A stretch of 64,000 bases of DNA from Octopus bimaculoides. Taxonomy: Eukaryota. The notes under the pieces are model-generated. The model was not told the DNA's origin, did not search any database, and saw only the letters and a program-made list of their open reading frames with translations. Numbering within the stretch: the stretch's first letter is position 1; the number at the start of each line of letters is the position of its first letter. Where the stretch lies: NCBI RefSeq assembly GCF_001194135.2, contig NC_068983.1:53734759-53798758 (forward strand), in the 5' to 3' direction. Made by a program: the position numbers and the translations under genes. This document shows, in pieces, positions 12,081 to 26,913 of the stretch.

Positions 12081-12148
12081 CAAAGTCGTGTAAAATGTAC
12101 ATACAAGTCCTACAGCAACCACAGACCACCAGAGATCAAATCCAGTTA
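12081..12148 (-). CDS. SLC5A8-like: SLC5 coding exon 4 (68 nt, VTGFDLWWSVVAVGLVCTFYTTL)
   Basis: CACAG acceptor, GTAAG donor; embedded in ORF 11994..12176(-). Confidence 0.93.
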
Positions 12149-12607
12149 CTGTGAAAGGGTAAAGAGAAAATATCATGATTTTGGTTTATAACTTTGCTTA
12201 ATTCATGCTACATATCAATGTGTGTGTGTGTGTGTGCATGTGTGTGTATGTGTGTGTGTGTATGTGCGCGCGTGTGTGTGTGTGTGTTTTGCCAAGCTGC
12301 TATGTTAAAGGGATGTAAACAAACCAACTTTGGTTGTCAAGCACATCGCAGGGCAACTCAAACACAAAGACACTTACTCACACACTCACACACACACACA
12401 CTCTCACACACACACACACACACAATCTCACACACACACATTTTGGTTTATAACTTTGCTTAATTCATGCTACATATCACTGTGTGTGTGTGTGTGTGTG
12501 TGTTTGTGTGTGTGTGTATGTGTGCATGTGTTTGTGTGTGTTTCTATGCATCTGCATCCCTATACACGCACACATACACACACACACACACAAACACACA
12601 GACACAT

Positions 12608-13600
12608 AAACACATTGGGATCGGGACTTTGAGGTGGCCAGTCCATGAGATCAACCTCTTCATCACTCAAAAAATCTTTGACTCTTTTCACAGTGTGACG
12701 GGGAGCATTGTCCTGCACGAAGATAGGAGGTTGAACTAACAAGGATCGGAGATGAGGAAGGGTATGCTGTCTAAGAATCTGCTTCTAGATTTCAGCATTG
12801 ACAGTCCCTTGTAGGCAAATAAGTGGACCAGGACCAGCAGTAGAGAGTGATCTGTTCCCTCCATATTTCACTGTCTTCTTCAAATATCCACACGATAACC
12901 TTTCGCCACTTCTTCATCAGTCGTTTATCCCGCCATCAGAGCCAATCACATTAAACTTTGATTCATCACTAAAATGAACCTGCGACCATTATTCTTCTGT
13001 CCAAATGATATGATCGTGAGTGAAATGAAGACAGGCTCTTTGATTCCTCTTGAAGAGCAGAGGTTTCTTTGCTGGTGCCCAAGCAAGCAGCCCAGAGTCT
13101 CATAACATCCGAGAAACTATTTTGTGCGATATATTGACATCAGAAATGGAGATAAACTCGCAGGATATCTCTGTAGCACTCTTAAACCTATCCTTCAGTG
13201 AGATTCTAACCATAATACGATCTTGTCTTGGTGAAGTTTTAAGTGGTCTACTGGTTTGGGGCTTAGCATCTATCGATCCTGATGATTTAAATGAGCTTCA
13301 ATTCATTGTACAACACTTCTACACTTTCCTACAGAAGTTGCTATCACAGAAATTGACTTGCCCACTTGGTGATGGCACACAATCCTTTGTTTTTCATCAC
13401 AGGACACTGGTCGTCTCTCACAAACCACCATGTTGACTGTTGAATGTTCCAATAATGCAAGATCATAAAAAGTAGCCATTAGCCCATTAACAGTCTTCTA
13501 AACAACAAATACCTCGGTTAGTTGTTCATTTTTTCTAAGTGACCCTTAAGTTTTGACCACAACAATTTGGAAGATTGTTTGTTTATTTCCTCTTAACTTA
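12608..13600 (-). mobile_element. Decayed Tc1-like transposase
   Basis: Minus frames: WSQVHFSDESKFN, IFVQDNAPRHT, LMDWPPQSPDPN; multiple stops. Confidence 0.85.
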
Positions 13601-13760
13601 CGAAATATTTATTCCATTCACTTGAAATTTTCACGAAATTTTCATAGATATTAAAAACATCTAAATATGTATAAAATATCTAGTCTCAACCTGTTGTTAA
13701 TTTTCTATAATAACTATTTCAATACACTTGTTCTTACTGACCCTTATATTATGGCCACTA

Positions 13761-13837
<77 letters not shown>

Positions 13838-13882
13838 TATATATACACATATTTTATATACATGCATGTGTATATATATATA

Positions 13883-13964
<82 letters not shown>

Positions 13965-14074
13965 CACATACATATATATATATTTAATCATATGTATATA
14001 TATATGTATGTATATATGTATATATGTGTATATATGTGTGTGTATATATATACATACATACATACATACATATA

Positions 14075-14109
<35 letters not shown>

Positions 14110-14701
14110 GTGTAGTTACATCAATGTACATCCAATGACTCATCAGAATATATTATAAAAATGTAGTTTGTTTTTAAATGTATTTAAGATAGGAGAAATA
14201 TGTCTTACAATAGTAACCAAAACTTTAAAATGTTCAACCTCTTACATATACTTTAGAGAAAGTGTGTATTGTACAATGTAATAGCAAAGCAAATGGTAGC
14301 AGCTGGGCCAGTTTTCTCAAGTGAAAAAGCTTGTTCTTATTTTATGAGTTTCACTACAAACAAATTTATGAAGAAACTTGAAATAATTTTAATAGGAGAC
14401 TTCTGATTTTACATGAAAAATAATGTTGGTTGCCATGAAAAGAAATGCATATTACAAGAATAAATTTAATATTGACGTCAGAGAGAAAAAAAGTCAGACA
14501 TATAGATTGACGTTAATGTGTTTGTTCTTATACAACGTGTCATAAAGTTGGATATGTGGTGGTAAGTTAAGGGTGGGGAAACTTTAAATTTCAGAATCTG
14601 TAATCTTCCATTGAAGTTAGAAGAATAACTGAAATAAAGAAATTGTTTGTGCATGCCAAGGAAGGAAAGTAACTATTTAGGTTGGTTTGCATGGTTTAGT
14701 A

Positions 14702-14918
14702 CGAGGGGGTGCTGAAAACTTTCTGGCTTTAAGGGTCTCGAGAAAGGCCTGGTTGGAGGCCTAACCTTCTGAGTTCTTTTTCAGGACTTAGAAAAACTGA
14801 AAGATTGCTGCAATAAGTGTGTGAATCTGAGAGGGGAATATGTTGAATAAAATCATAATTAACTGATTCTCCTGTATTTCCTTTTACCCAAAGCCAGGAA
14901 CTTTTCAGTACCCCCTCA
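14702..14918. mobile_element. Tc1/mariner-type MITE
   Basis: TIR CGAGGGGGTGCTGAAAA / TTTTCAGTACCCCCTCA, TA on both sides; second copy at about 44033-44210. Confidence 0.75.
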
Positions 14919-15763
14919 TAAATGTATCAGCACAAACACATGATTGGTGAGTGAAATAGTTGAAACCATGTTAAATATAAATGTATACATGGTTGTGAGG
15001 TTAAAAAGTTTGCTTTGAAACTCTGTTGTCTCAGGTTCAGTCCCACTACATGACACTTTTTGCAAATGTATTTTACTAAGATTACAGGTCAACCAATTTC
15101 TTCTGTGTGAAATTTGGTAGGTGAAAGCTCTTCACAGAGAAAGAGAGAGAGTTTCTGTGGACCAAATCTACTCAGAAGGCTTTAGTTAGCTTGGAGCTAT
15201 AGTAGAGAACACTTGTCACAGGTACCAAACAGTGGGGTTGAACTTGAGGCCACGTGTTTGCTAAGCAGACTTCACAAGCACACAGCCATACCTGTGCCAA
15301 CTGGTACTGATGATGTAATACTGTAATACATAATACTCCACTGGATTGGATTGGATTGGATTGGATTAGATTTCCCATGTTCAGTCCACAGCAGGAAGAG
15401 GTCCTCATGTTCTCTCCACCAACCATGATCTGATGTACAAGCCATGAATTTGAGTTTGAGATCATACTGGTTAATGAACCTACTCTGTCACAATGACCTG
15501 ACATGGCTTGGCAGAGGGATACAGTTTTTATACTCATACCCAGGAGGAGTTAAGTTAATTATATCGCCCACTGTTCAGCTGATACTTATTTTATTGATTC
15601 CTAAAGGATGAAAGGCTAACTCAATCTCAGTGGAATTTGAACTCAGAATGTGATGATAGCTAGAATACTGTTAAGCATTTCGCCCGGCATGCTAATGATT
15701 CTGCCAGCTCACCATACACTACAATACTAGATATATAATAATGTAATATTGTAATATACATAC

Positions 15764-15815
15764 CTGCATTTAATGCTAATGATGGAGCATAAAGTACAAT
15801 TGCCATGTAGAGCAG
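15764..15815 (-). CDS. SLC5A8-like: SLC5 coding exon 3 (52 nt, LLYMAIVLYAPSLALNA+G)
   Basis: AG acceptor, GTATG donor, LY.AIVLYAP.LAL motif; phase fits both neighbours. Confidence 0.93.
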
Positions 15816-15919
15816 CTTCAATGGAAAAAAAGAAAAAGAAAAAATTTATCAAAAGATTTAGTGGTACACATTAACTGCCAGATTTCAATTCAGAGAAAAA
15901 TTTAATGATCATCCTAGCA

Positions 15920-15955
<36 letters not shown>

Positions 15956-16097
15956 CAAAATTTAACGAAAACACAACAGACAGAACATTTGTAGCTTATT
16001 CCTCATCAGTCAGCGTCCAAAAGATTATTAGAATTTCGTGTTATATGTATATATACATAAATACATACATACTTATATGTATACATACATACATACA

Positions 16098-16133
<36 letters not shown>

Positions 16134-16315
16134 GAGAAATACCTTCAACCTGTTACACTCTGTTATGATTTTGCACCATGTGTGTGTGTGTAATATATAT
16201 ATTTATATAAATCATTATTATTTAACTCCTGTTTTCCATGCTGGTGCATGTGTATATATGATATATATTCACATATATATATGTATGAATGTGTGTCCAT
16301 GTACAATATATATAT

Positions 16316-16344
<29 letters not shown>

Positions 16345-16349
<5 letters not shown>

Positions 16350-17171
16350 GCTACATGGCAGTGAAACATGGGCTGTGACTGCTGAGGACATGCGTAAGCT
16401 CACAAGGAATGAAGCCAGTATGTTCCGCTGGATATGTAATGTAAATGTGCATACCCGTCAGAGTGTAAGTATCTTGAGAGAAAAGCTGAACATAAGAAGC
16501 ATCAGTAGTGGTGTGCAAGAGAGATGATTGCGCTGGTTTGGATATGTGGTGAGAATGAATGAGGATAGCTGCGTGAAAAAGTGCCACTCCCTAACAGTTG
16601 AGGGAACCCNNNNNNNNNNNNNNNNNNNNNNNNNNNNNNNNNNNNNNNNNNNNNNNNNNNNNNNNNNNNNNNNNNNNNNNNNNNNNNNNNNNNNNNNNNN
16701 NNNNNNNNNNNNNNNNNNNNNNNNNNNNNNNNNNNNNNNNNNNNNNNNNNNNNNNNNNNNNNNNNNNNNNNNNNNNNNNNNNNNNNNNNNNNNNNNNNNN
16801 NNNNNNNNNNNNNNNNNNNNNNNNNNNNNNNNNNNNNNNNNNNNNNNNNNNNNNNNNNNNNNNNNNNNNNNNNNNNNNNNNNNNNNNNNNNNNNNNNNNN
16901 NNNNNNNNNNNNNNNNNNNNNNNNNNNNNNNNNNNNNNNNNNNNNNNNNNNNNNNNNNNNNNNNNNNNNNNNNNNNNNNNNGGGTGACACGTAAAAGCAC
17001 CCACTACACTCTCTGAGTGGTTGGCGTTAGGAAGGGCATCCAGCTGTAGAAACTCTGCCAAATTAGATTGGAGCCTGGTGTTGCCATCCGGTTTCACCAG
17101 TCCTCAGTCAAATCGTCCAACCCATGCTAGCATGGAAAGCGGACGTTAAACGATGATGATGATGATGATGA

Positions 17172-17172
<1 letters not shown>
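16345..17172 (+). mobile_element. RTE-clade LINE 3' fragment (RT C-terminus, gap, 3' UTR, (GAT)n tail)
   Basis: LHGSETWAVT...KLNIRSI..VQERRLRWFGYV.RM motif; tail shared with many copies. Confidence 0.85.
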
Positions 17173-17214
<42 letters not shown>

Positions 17215-18524
17215 CTAAAAGAATAAAAGAACACACACACACACACACACACACATGTAAACATTCACACACATACGCATGTATATATGTATTTTGTACA
17301 CTCCGTCTTCAGCAGTATATCATCAGATTAATACAGATTATAGAGTATAGGATGAATGATTCAAAATATTGCCCATTACAATTGATTCTTTACACTTTAT
17401 TGCATGAATGATTTAAAATAAACCTGAGTAATAAATCACTCACTTCCTGGTGCTTTCCTAAAAGATTTCTTTCAGGTTTTTCTCTTAAACGAATAATGAA
17501 AATGTAAGAAAACAAAACGTAGCTAGAATATACACATAATGATCAAAGTTTTGTTTGCAGCATAGCCTCACTTATGCATCGAACCAGAAAGTGATCTTCT
17601 GCAAAACATCAAATCTACCTCAACAACCTTGCTTCTGTTTCTACATGAACACCATACAAGCTGAGCCAAAGAGGAATCTTCTTCTTAACCCTTTCATTAC
17701 TAACCCAGCTGAAATCAGCTCTGGCTCTATAGTACAAATGTTTTGATTCAGTATTTTGTACTATACAAAGACATGTGCCATAGCTTCTTCTTTATTTTCC
17801 CTCAAACAATCTCTGAGGTTTTGCAAATGAAGCCATAAAAATTGACACATGAAGACCTGTTGAGGCAAGTGTTAACATTTAAGTGGTTGAACTAAGTGCT
17901 TACTCGTTAGCATCCAAGTACCGCCTTGTTGAGTGAGACTATAAGTACCTACTCTATGAGTGAGCATATAAATGGTCCAACATTCCACAGATAAGAGAAT
18001 AATAACCATAATTCTCAATCTGTTGCTGAAGTATGATGGTTAAGAAGTTCCCTTCCAAACTACATGGTCTTAGGTTCAGTTCTACTGCCTGGCACTTTGA
18101 GCAAGTGTCTTCTAATTTATAACCCCAGGCTGACAAAAGCCTTTAGAATGGATTTGGTCCAAACAGAAACTGAAAGAAGCCTGTTTCATGTATGTGTGTG
18201 TGTTTTTAAAAAGCTTCCACACAGTTTCCTTTTCGCAAATTCACTCTTGAGGCATTAGTTGATCTGGAACTATTGTAGAAGATACTTGCCCAAGGTACCA
18301 TGCAGTGGGACTGAACCTGAAACCACATGGCTGATATGCACACTTCTTCACCACACACCTATTACTGTGCCAAAAAATATAAATGTTCTTGTGCCAGGAA
18401 TCAAAGCCAAGCTGCCTGGATGAAAGTCAGAAATCCTAACCAGAAGATTTGAAGGAAAATAATTTAACTTTACTTACAAGCAAACAAGCTTTCATAAAGA
18501 AAATGACAAACATTTTATAATGCA

Positions 18525-18697
18525 GGAGTGGCTGTGTGGTAAGTAGCTTGCTTACCAGCCACATGGTTCCGGGTTCGTTCCCACTGCGTGGCACCTTGGG
18601 CAAGTGTCTTCCACTATAGCCTTGGGCTGACCAAAGCCTTGAGAGTGGATTTGGTTGACGGACACTGAAAGAAGCCCGTCATATATATATATATATA

Positions 18698-18754
<57 letters not shown>

Positions 18755-18970
18755 ATGTGTGTGTATATGTTTGTGTGTCTGTGTTGTCCCCCCAACATCG
18801 CTTGACAACCGATGGCGGTGTGTTTACGTCCCCGTAACTTAGCGGTTCGGCACAAGAGACCGATAGAATAAGTACTAGGCTTCCAAAGAATAAGTCCTGG
18901 GGTCGATTTGCTCGACTAAAGGTGGTGCTTCAGCATGGCCGCAGTCAAATGACTGAAACAAGTAAAAGAA
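18525..18970 (+). mobile_element. Full-length tRNA-derived SINE family A, ending about 35 nt from the exon 2 donor
   Basis: A box TGGCTGTGTGG, B-box-like GGGTTCGTTCC, CCTTGGGCAAG core, internal (AT)n. Copies at 29500-30010, 39425-39800(-), 43790-44030, 45465-46010 and 53495-53900(-). Confidence 0.82.
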
Positions 18971-19003
18971 AAAAAAAAAAGAAAATTTAAAAGAAAAACT
19001 TAC

Positions 19004-19069
19004 CATTTGAATACTGAAGGTTAAAGACCCTGCTGTTCGAACACCTTTACTGAATCTCAGCTCAAGGTA
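19004..19069 (-). CDS. SLC5A8-like: SLC5 coding exon 2 (66 nt, YLELRFSKGVRTAGSLTFSIQM)
   Basis: Read manually (not in ORF track). TCAG acceptor, GTAAG donor, phase 0/0, YLE.RF motif. Confidence 0.93.
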
Positions 19070-19499
19070 CTGAAAAATTAAAAAAATATAAATATTACCT
19101 TAACTCTAGGTATGTAATTTTGAGTATACAGCACTGAAAAGGCCTAAGAAGACTAACATTTATCTGGTAGTCTTGCTAGCCACTACTGGGATAAACTTTT
19201 GCCTCTGTGCAATATAAGTGTTTTTAAAGACAACATGCCAATAAGAAATTTTTATCTCAGATGAAAACTGCAGCATTTTTGCCTATCAATTGTTTATATA
19301 CAATAAATATGAAGCATAGATGGTTATTGCCAGTCAGGGGGTACTGGCAATGGCCATGCTCAAAATGGTATATATGTTTAACAATTTAGCTAGGTGTCAT
19401 TTGTTTGTATAAAATATCTAAATTGAATCAAATTTATAATTGTTCAATTTATTTTGTTTTCCATTTCTTAAATATATATACAATGGCGCTTCCTTCACT

Positions 19500-19737
19500 T
19501 TCTTATCTCTTTACTGCCCACAAGGGCCTAAATATGGAGGGGACAAACAAGGACAGAGAAAGGGGTTAAGTCGATTACATCGACCCCAGTGCGTAACTGG
19601 TACTTATTTAATCGACCCCGAAAGGATGAAAGGCAAAGTCGACCTCAGCGGAATTTGAACTCAGAACGTAACGGCAGATGAAATACCGCTAAGCATTTCA
19701 CCCGGCATGCTAACGTTTCTGCCAGCTCGCCGCCTTG
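19500..19737 (-). mobile_element. SINE family B, well-preserved copy
   Basis: Near-consensus match to 8929-9142 and 60908-61120. Confidence 0.8.
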
Positions 19738-20201
19738 TTTCCTTCAGTTTCTGTCAATCAAATTCACTCACATATGTTCACAGTGACAACATTTTTGTGC
19801 TGCACATAAGCCAACTCCCTCCACCAAATAAACATCGCATGTACAGATACACAGTTTCCATGCAGCAGATGTTGAAGTAGTCATAAAGCAATGTGAAATG
19901 AAGTGTTCACTGGCCCATGCACTTCCACATACATTAAATCTGATCTAGTGGCTTAGGACTGGTCTCATTTACAGCCATGTGAATTGCTTTATCTGTGCTG
20001 CAGACATTCACACTACTTCTGGTGTCTGTGGTGAACCATGCATCTCCAACTTTTGATTCATTTAAAGAAGTAGCTTCACACTGTGTGAAATTTAGTGTTG
20101 ACAAACCATAAGATTGATCTAATTACACTATATCTTCCAAAAGTTACATCCAAATCATATACATATATATCATATACATAGATAGATATGAAGTTGGATA
20201 G

Positions 20202-20250
<49 letters not shown>

Positions 20251-20560
20251 AAGACTTACAAATACACACACACACACATATATACATATAAATATATGGA
20301 CATATTACTATATTGTATCTATGTGTATGTATATAAACATATTGCATTCTATACATATATATACACATACACATGTAAGTACATACATACATACATACAT
20401 ACATACATAGTGGCTTTTAGTCTTTTTCCTTTTGCCTGTTTCCTTCTCACTGTCTTTCAATATTTTTTGCTAAGCTCATAAAAAAAACCGAAACTTCTTT
20501 CAAATCAAAGCTTTTATTCCACATATAACATACTTATTATTATTATTATTATTATTATTA

Positions 20561-20649
<89 letters not shown>

Positions 20650-21593
20650 AGTGTAGTATCTCTGAGAATATTGTCAAATGTCTGTAAGTTATTATCCTTT
20701 GATGGTCTTCTCTGAATGGATGTTTTTGCATAACAGTTCCACATTATGACTGATCAGAGTTTTTGTCTATCTTCTTTCTCTTTCTGCTGGCATAGCCCCT
20801 TGTAAATCTGTGAAATGCTTTCAGCTTTTCAATGAGGAAGGGTAATTACATAAGAAATTCACTACATTTTCAAAGAATTATCTCATTTTTTTTCTTTTTT
20901 TGGACAATGTTTCTGCTTTACATGGAATTTTCAGAAATTTGTATGGCATGGTACAGTGAAAAAGTTTAAAGATTCCTGATGATCACATGACATAGGAGAA
21001 TAAAATTGAAAATGTATTAAAACTTTTATATGATTTCAAAATACAGTGTATAATGTAAATAAGCGTTGATCATTTCCTACCGGTTTCAACTTTAGCAGAG
21101 TAATTTCAAAGTCAAAACCAGTAAGAACATTCATAATTTGGAGGTTACAGCTACAACCCAATGAATAACACAATCTAAATATGCATGACATGCAAAATGA
21201 TTAGTACACATAAAATGCATATACACAACTATGGGCACAACATATACATGTATATGCATACTTAAGTTAGATTACAGGTTATGTAAATCCTATTACAGAT
21301 CCATAAAGTTAATGACATATATACGTGCTTATATGTGCATGCATGTGTATGTATATGCACGAATGTATGTATAGATATATACATACATAAATGTGTGTAT
21401 GCAGTTGCATTTATATTTACATATTTATGCACATATGTATATACATACATCTTTTGAATATACATGCATAAATGCATACAAACTTACATGAATTATTCCA
21501 TTGCTGCCAAAATTCCAGCGAAAAAACTTGTTTCTAGATTTGAAACCAGCTCCTTTTTGATGAGAAATACAAGAAGCAAAACTAGAAAAGCAC

Positions 21594-22330
<737 letters not shown>

Positions 22331-22743
22331 ACATAGATATAATCTTGCTGATACTAATCTAGAAGTTATCCAGTACACATTTATCTTAAAAATAACAAAA
22401 ATAATAATAATAGTAATAATAAATGCACAAAAATATATATCAGTCAATGGGCTACAGTAAACGGCATTGATGAAACACAATGTAGGTTGGGTGTACCTGT
22501 TTCTCGAGATGTTAACCATTGAATGTGATTTATAGATCTCAATAGAGGACCTCCATAAAATATGGTTGATCATTTGAACACGAACAAAGAAATACACAGA
22601 AAATATAGAGAAAAGGCGAAAGCAAATTCTTTAGTTCTTTTCGTGATGTAATCTGCGTTTCACAAAATTCTTTCACACTCTCTGTATATTACTCTCAGTT
22701 TTTCTTTTATCTACACACACAAAAATATGTGTGTGCAAGTCTG

Positions 22744-22776
<33 letters not shown>

Positions 22777-23282
22777 NNNNNNNNNNNNNNNNNNNNNNNN
22801 NNNNNNNNNNNNNNNNNNNNNNNNNNNNNNNNNNNNNNNNNNNNNNNNNNNNNNNNNNNNNNNNNNNNNNNNNNNNNNNNNNNNNNNNNNNNNNNNNNNN
22901 NNNNNNNNNNNATATATATATATATATATATATACATACATAAATATGTGTGTATAGATTTTTCTGTGTATTGCAAATTTAAATGCGTGTGCATATGAAT
23001 ATATTTGCCAGTTTATATGTGTGTATAGGCATATATATTATCACACACTTTCCTTGATATAAATTTTTGTTGCTTTTTTCCCCTTTATTGCTTTTTATAC
23101 TTGTTTGCTTTCCACTCTTACCATGGCTTGCACCCATAAATACGAATAATTTACAGGTGTTTATGCAGAAGAATTATATTTTATGCTTAAATGTAGGTAC
23201 ATTACACACACCCACACATACATACGCACGCACACACACACATATAGAAAGACATATGTATGAATATACATGTGCGTGTGTA

Positions 23283-23322
<40 letters not shown>

Positions 23323-23325
<3 letters not shown>

Positions 23326-23900
23326 TCATTATCATTTAACGTCCGCTTTCCATGCTGGCATGGGGTGGACGATTTGACTGGGGACTGGCGAACCAGGTGG
23401 CTACACCTGNNNNNNNNNNTGGCATGGGGTGGACGATTTGACTGGGGACTGGCGAACCAGGTGGCTACACCTGACTCCAATCTGATCTGGCAGAGTTTCT
23501 ACAACTGGATGCCCTTCCTAATGCCAACCATTCAGAGAGTGTAGTGGGTGCTTTTTATGTGCCACCAGCACATGAGTCAGTCCAATGTTTTGTTCACATA
23601 CCACCGGCACAAGTGCCAGTAAGGCGAAGCTGGAAACGATCACGCTCAAATGGTGCTTTTTATGTGCTACCGGCATGGAAGCGAGACCGCTGCTCTGGCA
23701 GTGATCTTGCTCGGATGGTGCTGTTAGCGCTCCACTGGCACGGGTGCCAGTCATCGAATTTGGTTCAGTTTCGGTCTCACTTGCCCCAACAGGTCTTCGC
23801 AAGCTGAGTTTAGTGTCCAATGAAGGAATGTTGGCATGGGTGCCAATCAACGAATTTGGTTCAATTTTTGATTTCGATCTGACTTGCCTCAACAGGTCTT
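23323..23900 (-). mobile_element. RTE-family 3' region copy
   Basis: Reverse complement of the 16982-17172 tail plus upstream repeats. Similar copies at 42430-42790, 49990-50420, 51652-51877, 61528-61670 (-) and 47010-47200 (+). Confidence 0.75.
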
Positions 23901-23913
23901 CGCAATATATATA

Positions 23914-24791
23914 CAGAGTGCAGTGAATAAACTGTCCTCTAGATTATGCAAAAATGAAAATAATACTGACATCTCATTTTAACAGATATATTTACCAAAA
24001 TTACATAAAAATATCTTGAAATACTAAAGAGAAAGTTCTCCTGCAACTCTTCTGGACGGTCTCCTTGATTAAGTTGGTGAACGCTGCCATAATCCTTGCC
24101 TTCAGTTCATCTTTGGTGTTACAAGGACTTTTGTTGGTCTCTTGCTCAACTGCACCCCACATATAATAATCAAGGAGGTTGCATTCTGGAGAGTTGGGTG
24201 ACCAGATGTTAGGGGTGACGTGGTTGCAGAAATTGTCTGACAGCCATGACTGGGTTCTCCTGCTTGTGTGTCATGGTGCAGGGTCCTTTTACCAGACATA
24301 GGATGTTCCAGCAGCCACCCTTTTCACCCAAGGCAGACTACCTCCTCCAGGCACTTGATGTAGGCCTCCGTGTTGTGTCTGAGGCCATGTGGAAAGATGA
24401 ATGGAAGCATAATGATGCCATCACTAGTGATCACTACAAACACCATGATNNNNNNNNNNGGAAAGATGAATGGAAGCATAATGATGCCATCACTAGTGAT
24501 CACTACAAACACCATGATGTTGACTGGATGTTTGATTTTTATCACCCTCGGTACATGTCCTCAGATTGACACCTAGACATTCAGAAATGTTCATATTGGA
24601 GCTACTTGCATGAATGCCAAGTAGTACAGCATGTTATTTCCAAATTTCTGGCAGAGTGAATTGTATCATGGTGCTGTTTTTCTCACAGATGGTGCCCAAC
24701 TGACCCTACTATACTGTGTAATTGACAAAAGCAAAAAGAAACGATGTTCATGTGTGGAATTAAAAGTATAAAATTTACCCATCACACCCTG
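23914..24791 (-). mobile_element. Internally deleted DD37D (maT-type) mariner-like transposon
   Basis: Minus frame D-PAP*HTSRRTQSWLSDNFCNHVTPNIWSPNSPECNLL-D gives 37-residue spacing; ends CAGAGTG / CACCCTG with TA on both sides. Confidence 0.8.
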
Positions 24792-25369
24792 TATGTATGC
24801 TGAACCACTGAAATCTACAAGTTTTTTTCATTCTCCCTCTGTTTATTTTCTCTTATTCATTTTTATTAAAGAGCATAGGTTCGAAATGTAAAAGATTTTT
24901 GCATTTTTCTTGAGCATCAAACTAATGCCCTTACTTGTTGTTCATACACTTGTCTTCGTTTTTTGTTCAATAAATTTCAACTATGTGTGTGTGTGTGTGT
25001 GCGAGAAAAAGCAGGAATTTCTCTAATTATATTTGTTACTCTCTAAACGAGAGCATTGTTAAATAATGAGAAGTTTATGAAAAAATGCAAAAGAATCAAC
25101 TTATACCTTTAGTTTTCTTATTTTTCTATCTTAATGCTGCTTACCATTTTCTGTACTTATTGACCCTACTTCATATCCCTCAGAATTCTCACTAATTCTG
25201 AATTGTAGCTTTAACATTTGCCCTTATTTTGTTATATCTTTTGTTACAAGACTCAGGTTAAGAACCCCCTGGTATAATGCTTAGATACTATCATCGTGTG
25301 AAGACAAACATCTTTTTCAGTTAATAGATTATAAACAAGTTTGATCTACAGTTTTCATATTCTTTTATT

Positions 25370-26150
25370 CTTGCATGTGTTTCTGCCCTGAAGCTGCAGC
25401 CATGCTGGGGCACCACTATTGTAATCACCTTTTAATTGGCCAATTCTATGGGTTTGGCTTCTAGTGAAGGAAAGAGCTCGATATTGCTGCCCTCTTTTGA
25501 GTTTCCTGCCTTGATATTGGTTCATCTGGGATCTTGGATACAAGAGGTCAAATTGTTTCTTGAAAGCATCTACCCCCACTCCCTGGAAATCCCTCAGATG
25601 TTATGGCAAGGCATTAAATAACTGTGGGCCCTTGAATCCCAAGCTATTGCAGTACATGTCCTTACCCTAGATGAGACAGCCAGAACTTTTGGAACAGTAC
25701 AGTGACGTCCATTTCGAGGTTTGGTATAACTCTTAATTCCAAAGTTTGGTGCCAGCCCCTCCAGTATCTTCCATACATGTATCACTGCTTATCTCTCCCA
25801 TCTTCACTCCGAGTGAGTCATAGCTCTTTCAGTCTCTCCCAGTAGCTCAGCTGTTCCATTGATGCAATCTTCCTTGTGTAGTATCTCTGAACCAACTCAA
25901 GTTCTGCAATTAATCCTACAGTGTAGGGTGACCATAGTTGAGAGCAGTAGTCCAGATGGATGAGGACAAAAGTCCTCCATACGACCAACATTTTTTCCTG
26001 GTCCCTTGTTCTGAAAGTTCCCAGAATCCATTCAGCCACTCACCTGCACACTGCCACCATCTTGGTGACATGCATGCGAAACAAGGCATTGTTGCTCATA
26101 TCAATCCCAAGACCACACACTGTATGTGATTCGAGGATTTCCACTCCTTT
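25370..26150 (-). mobile_element. CR1/L2-group LINE 3' fragment
   Basis: VLIHLDYCSQLWSP...LELVQRYYTRKI...LSYWERLKEL, WKILEGLAPNFGI motifs. Confidence 0.8.
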
Positions 26151-26913
26151 TGGTCCAAAAGTATCGTTGTTTAAAACATTATCAAATCATTATAGTAGCA
26201 CACTAAGAAATATTAACTTAATTTTAAAAATTGAAAACTATTTTTAAATTTTAGCAAGATGAAAGTATGATATATCTAAAAATAGGAAATGAAACAAAAT
26301 GTATGTAATAGATTCTACTGTTGCTCAGTTTAATAAAGTCTCAAAAAAAATTAAAACACAGATTGGAAAAATAAAAAATTTTAATAAAACTAAAATATTT
26401 AATATTAAATGTTTATGTTAAAAATATAATAAATTTTTTTATGAGAAAAAAAAATTGTAATATAAAGCCAAATTTTAAACTAAAATTCAGATTTAAGTAT
26501 TACAGAAAGTACTAGGTAAAACTAAAAGCTATGCAAAATTTCTTCTATTTTAAAGAAACATTTTTTTTTTTTTCATACAAATAAATACAATATTTTATTG
26601 TACAAATTTTTCATATAACTTTTCTTTTAATTTAACTTTGTTTTAATTTTTTTTTTAATTTGTTTCAATTTTTTTTTTTCAGAACATTTTACTACAAGCA
26701 TTCTAACTTGGGCCTTGACATTACCTTACATGTGCTTTATCTTTTGTTCACATATTTGTGCTATCCACTGCACAGCAAATAATTCACAATGAGTGCAAAG
26801 AAACAGAACTATCTTAATGAATATATTTGGTTTAGATTTGTTCCCTCCAAAAGGGTGACACAGAAGACCCCTGTGTGTGATATGGTACAAAACTTTGAGC
26901 AATGATGCCATGT

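Noticed and set aside
13667-14138. Many overlapping Y/I/H/T/C/V-rich ORFs (also 21425-22362, 29176-29845, 42795-43391, 62582-62915)
   Set aside because: These are translations of (AT)n, (CA)n and (ATGT)n microsatellites, with no coding signature.
16458-17097. Long ORFs spanning X runs (also 1075-1395, 51697-52285)
   Set aside because: They are open only because of assembly N gaps.
23350-23470. Apparent tandem duplication around a short N gap (same pattern at 24400-24510)
   Set aside because: The same sequence lies on both sides of a 9-10 N gap, typical of unmerged contig overlaps.
24862-24900. Hammerhead-like GAGCATAGGTTC-GAAAT-GTA
   Set aside because: The CUGANGA core is absent; at best a dead relic.
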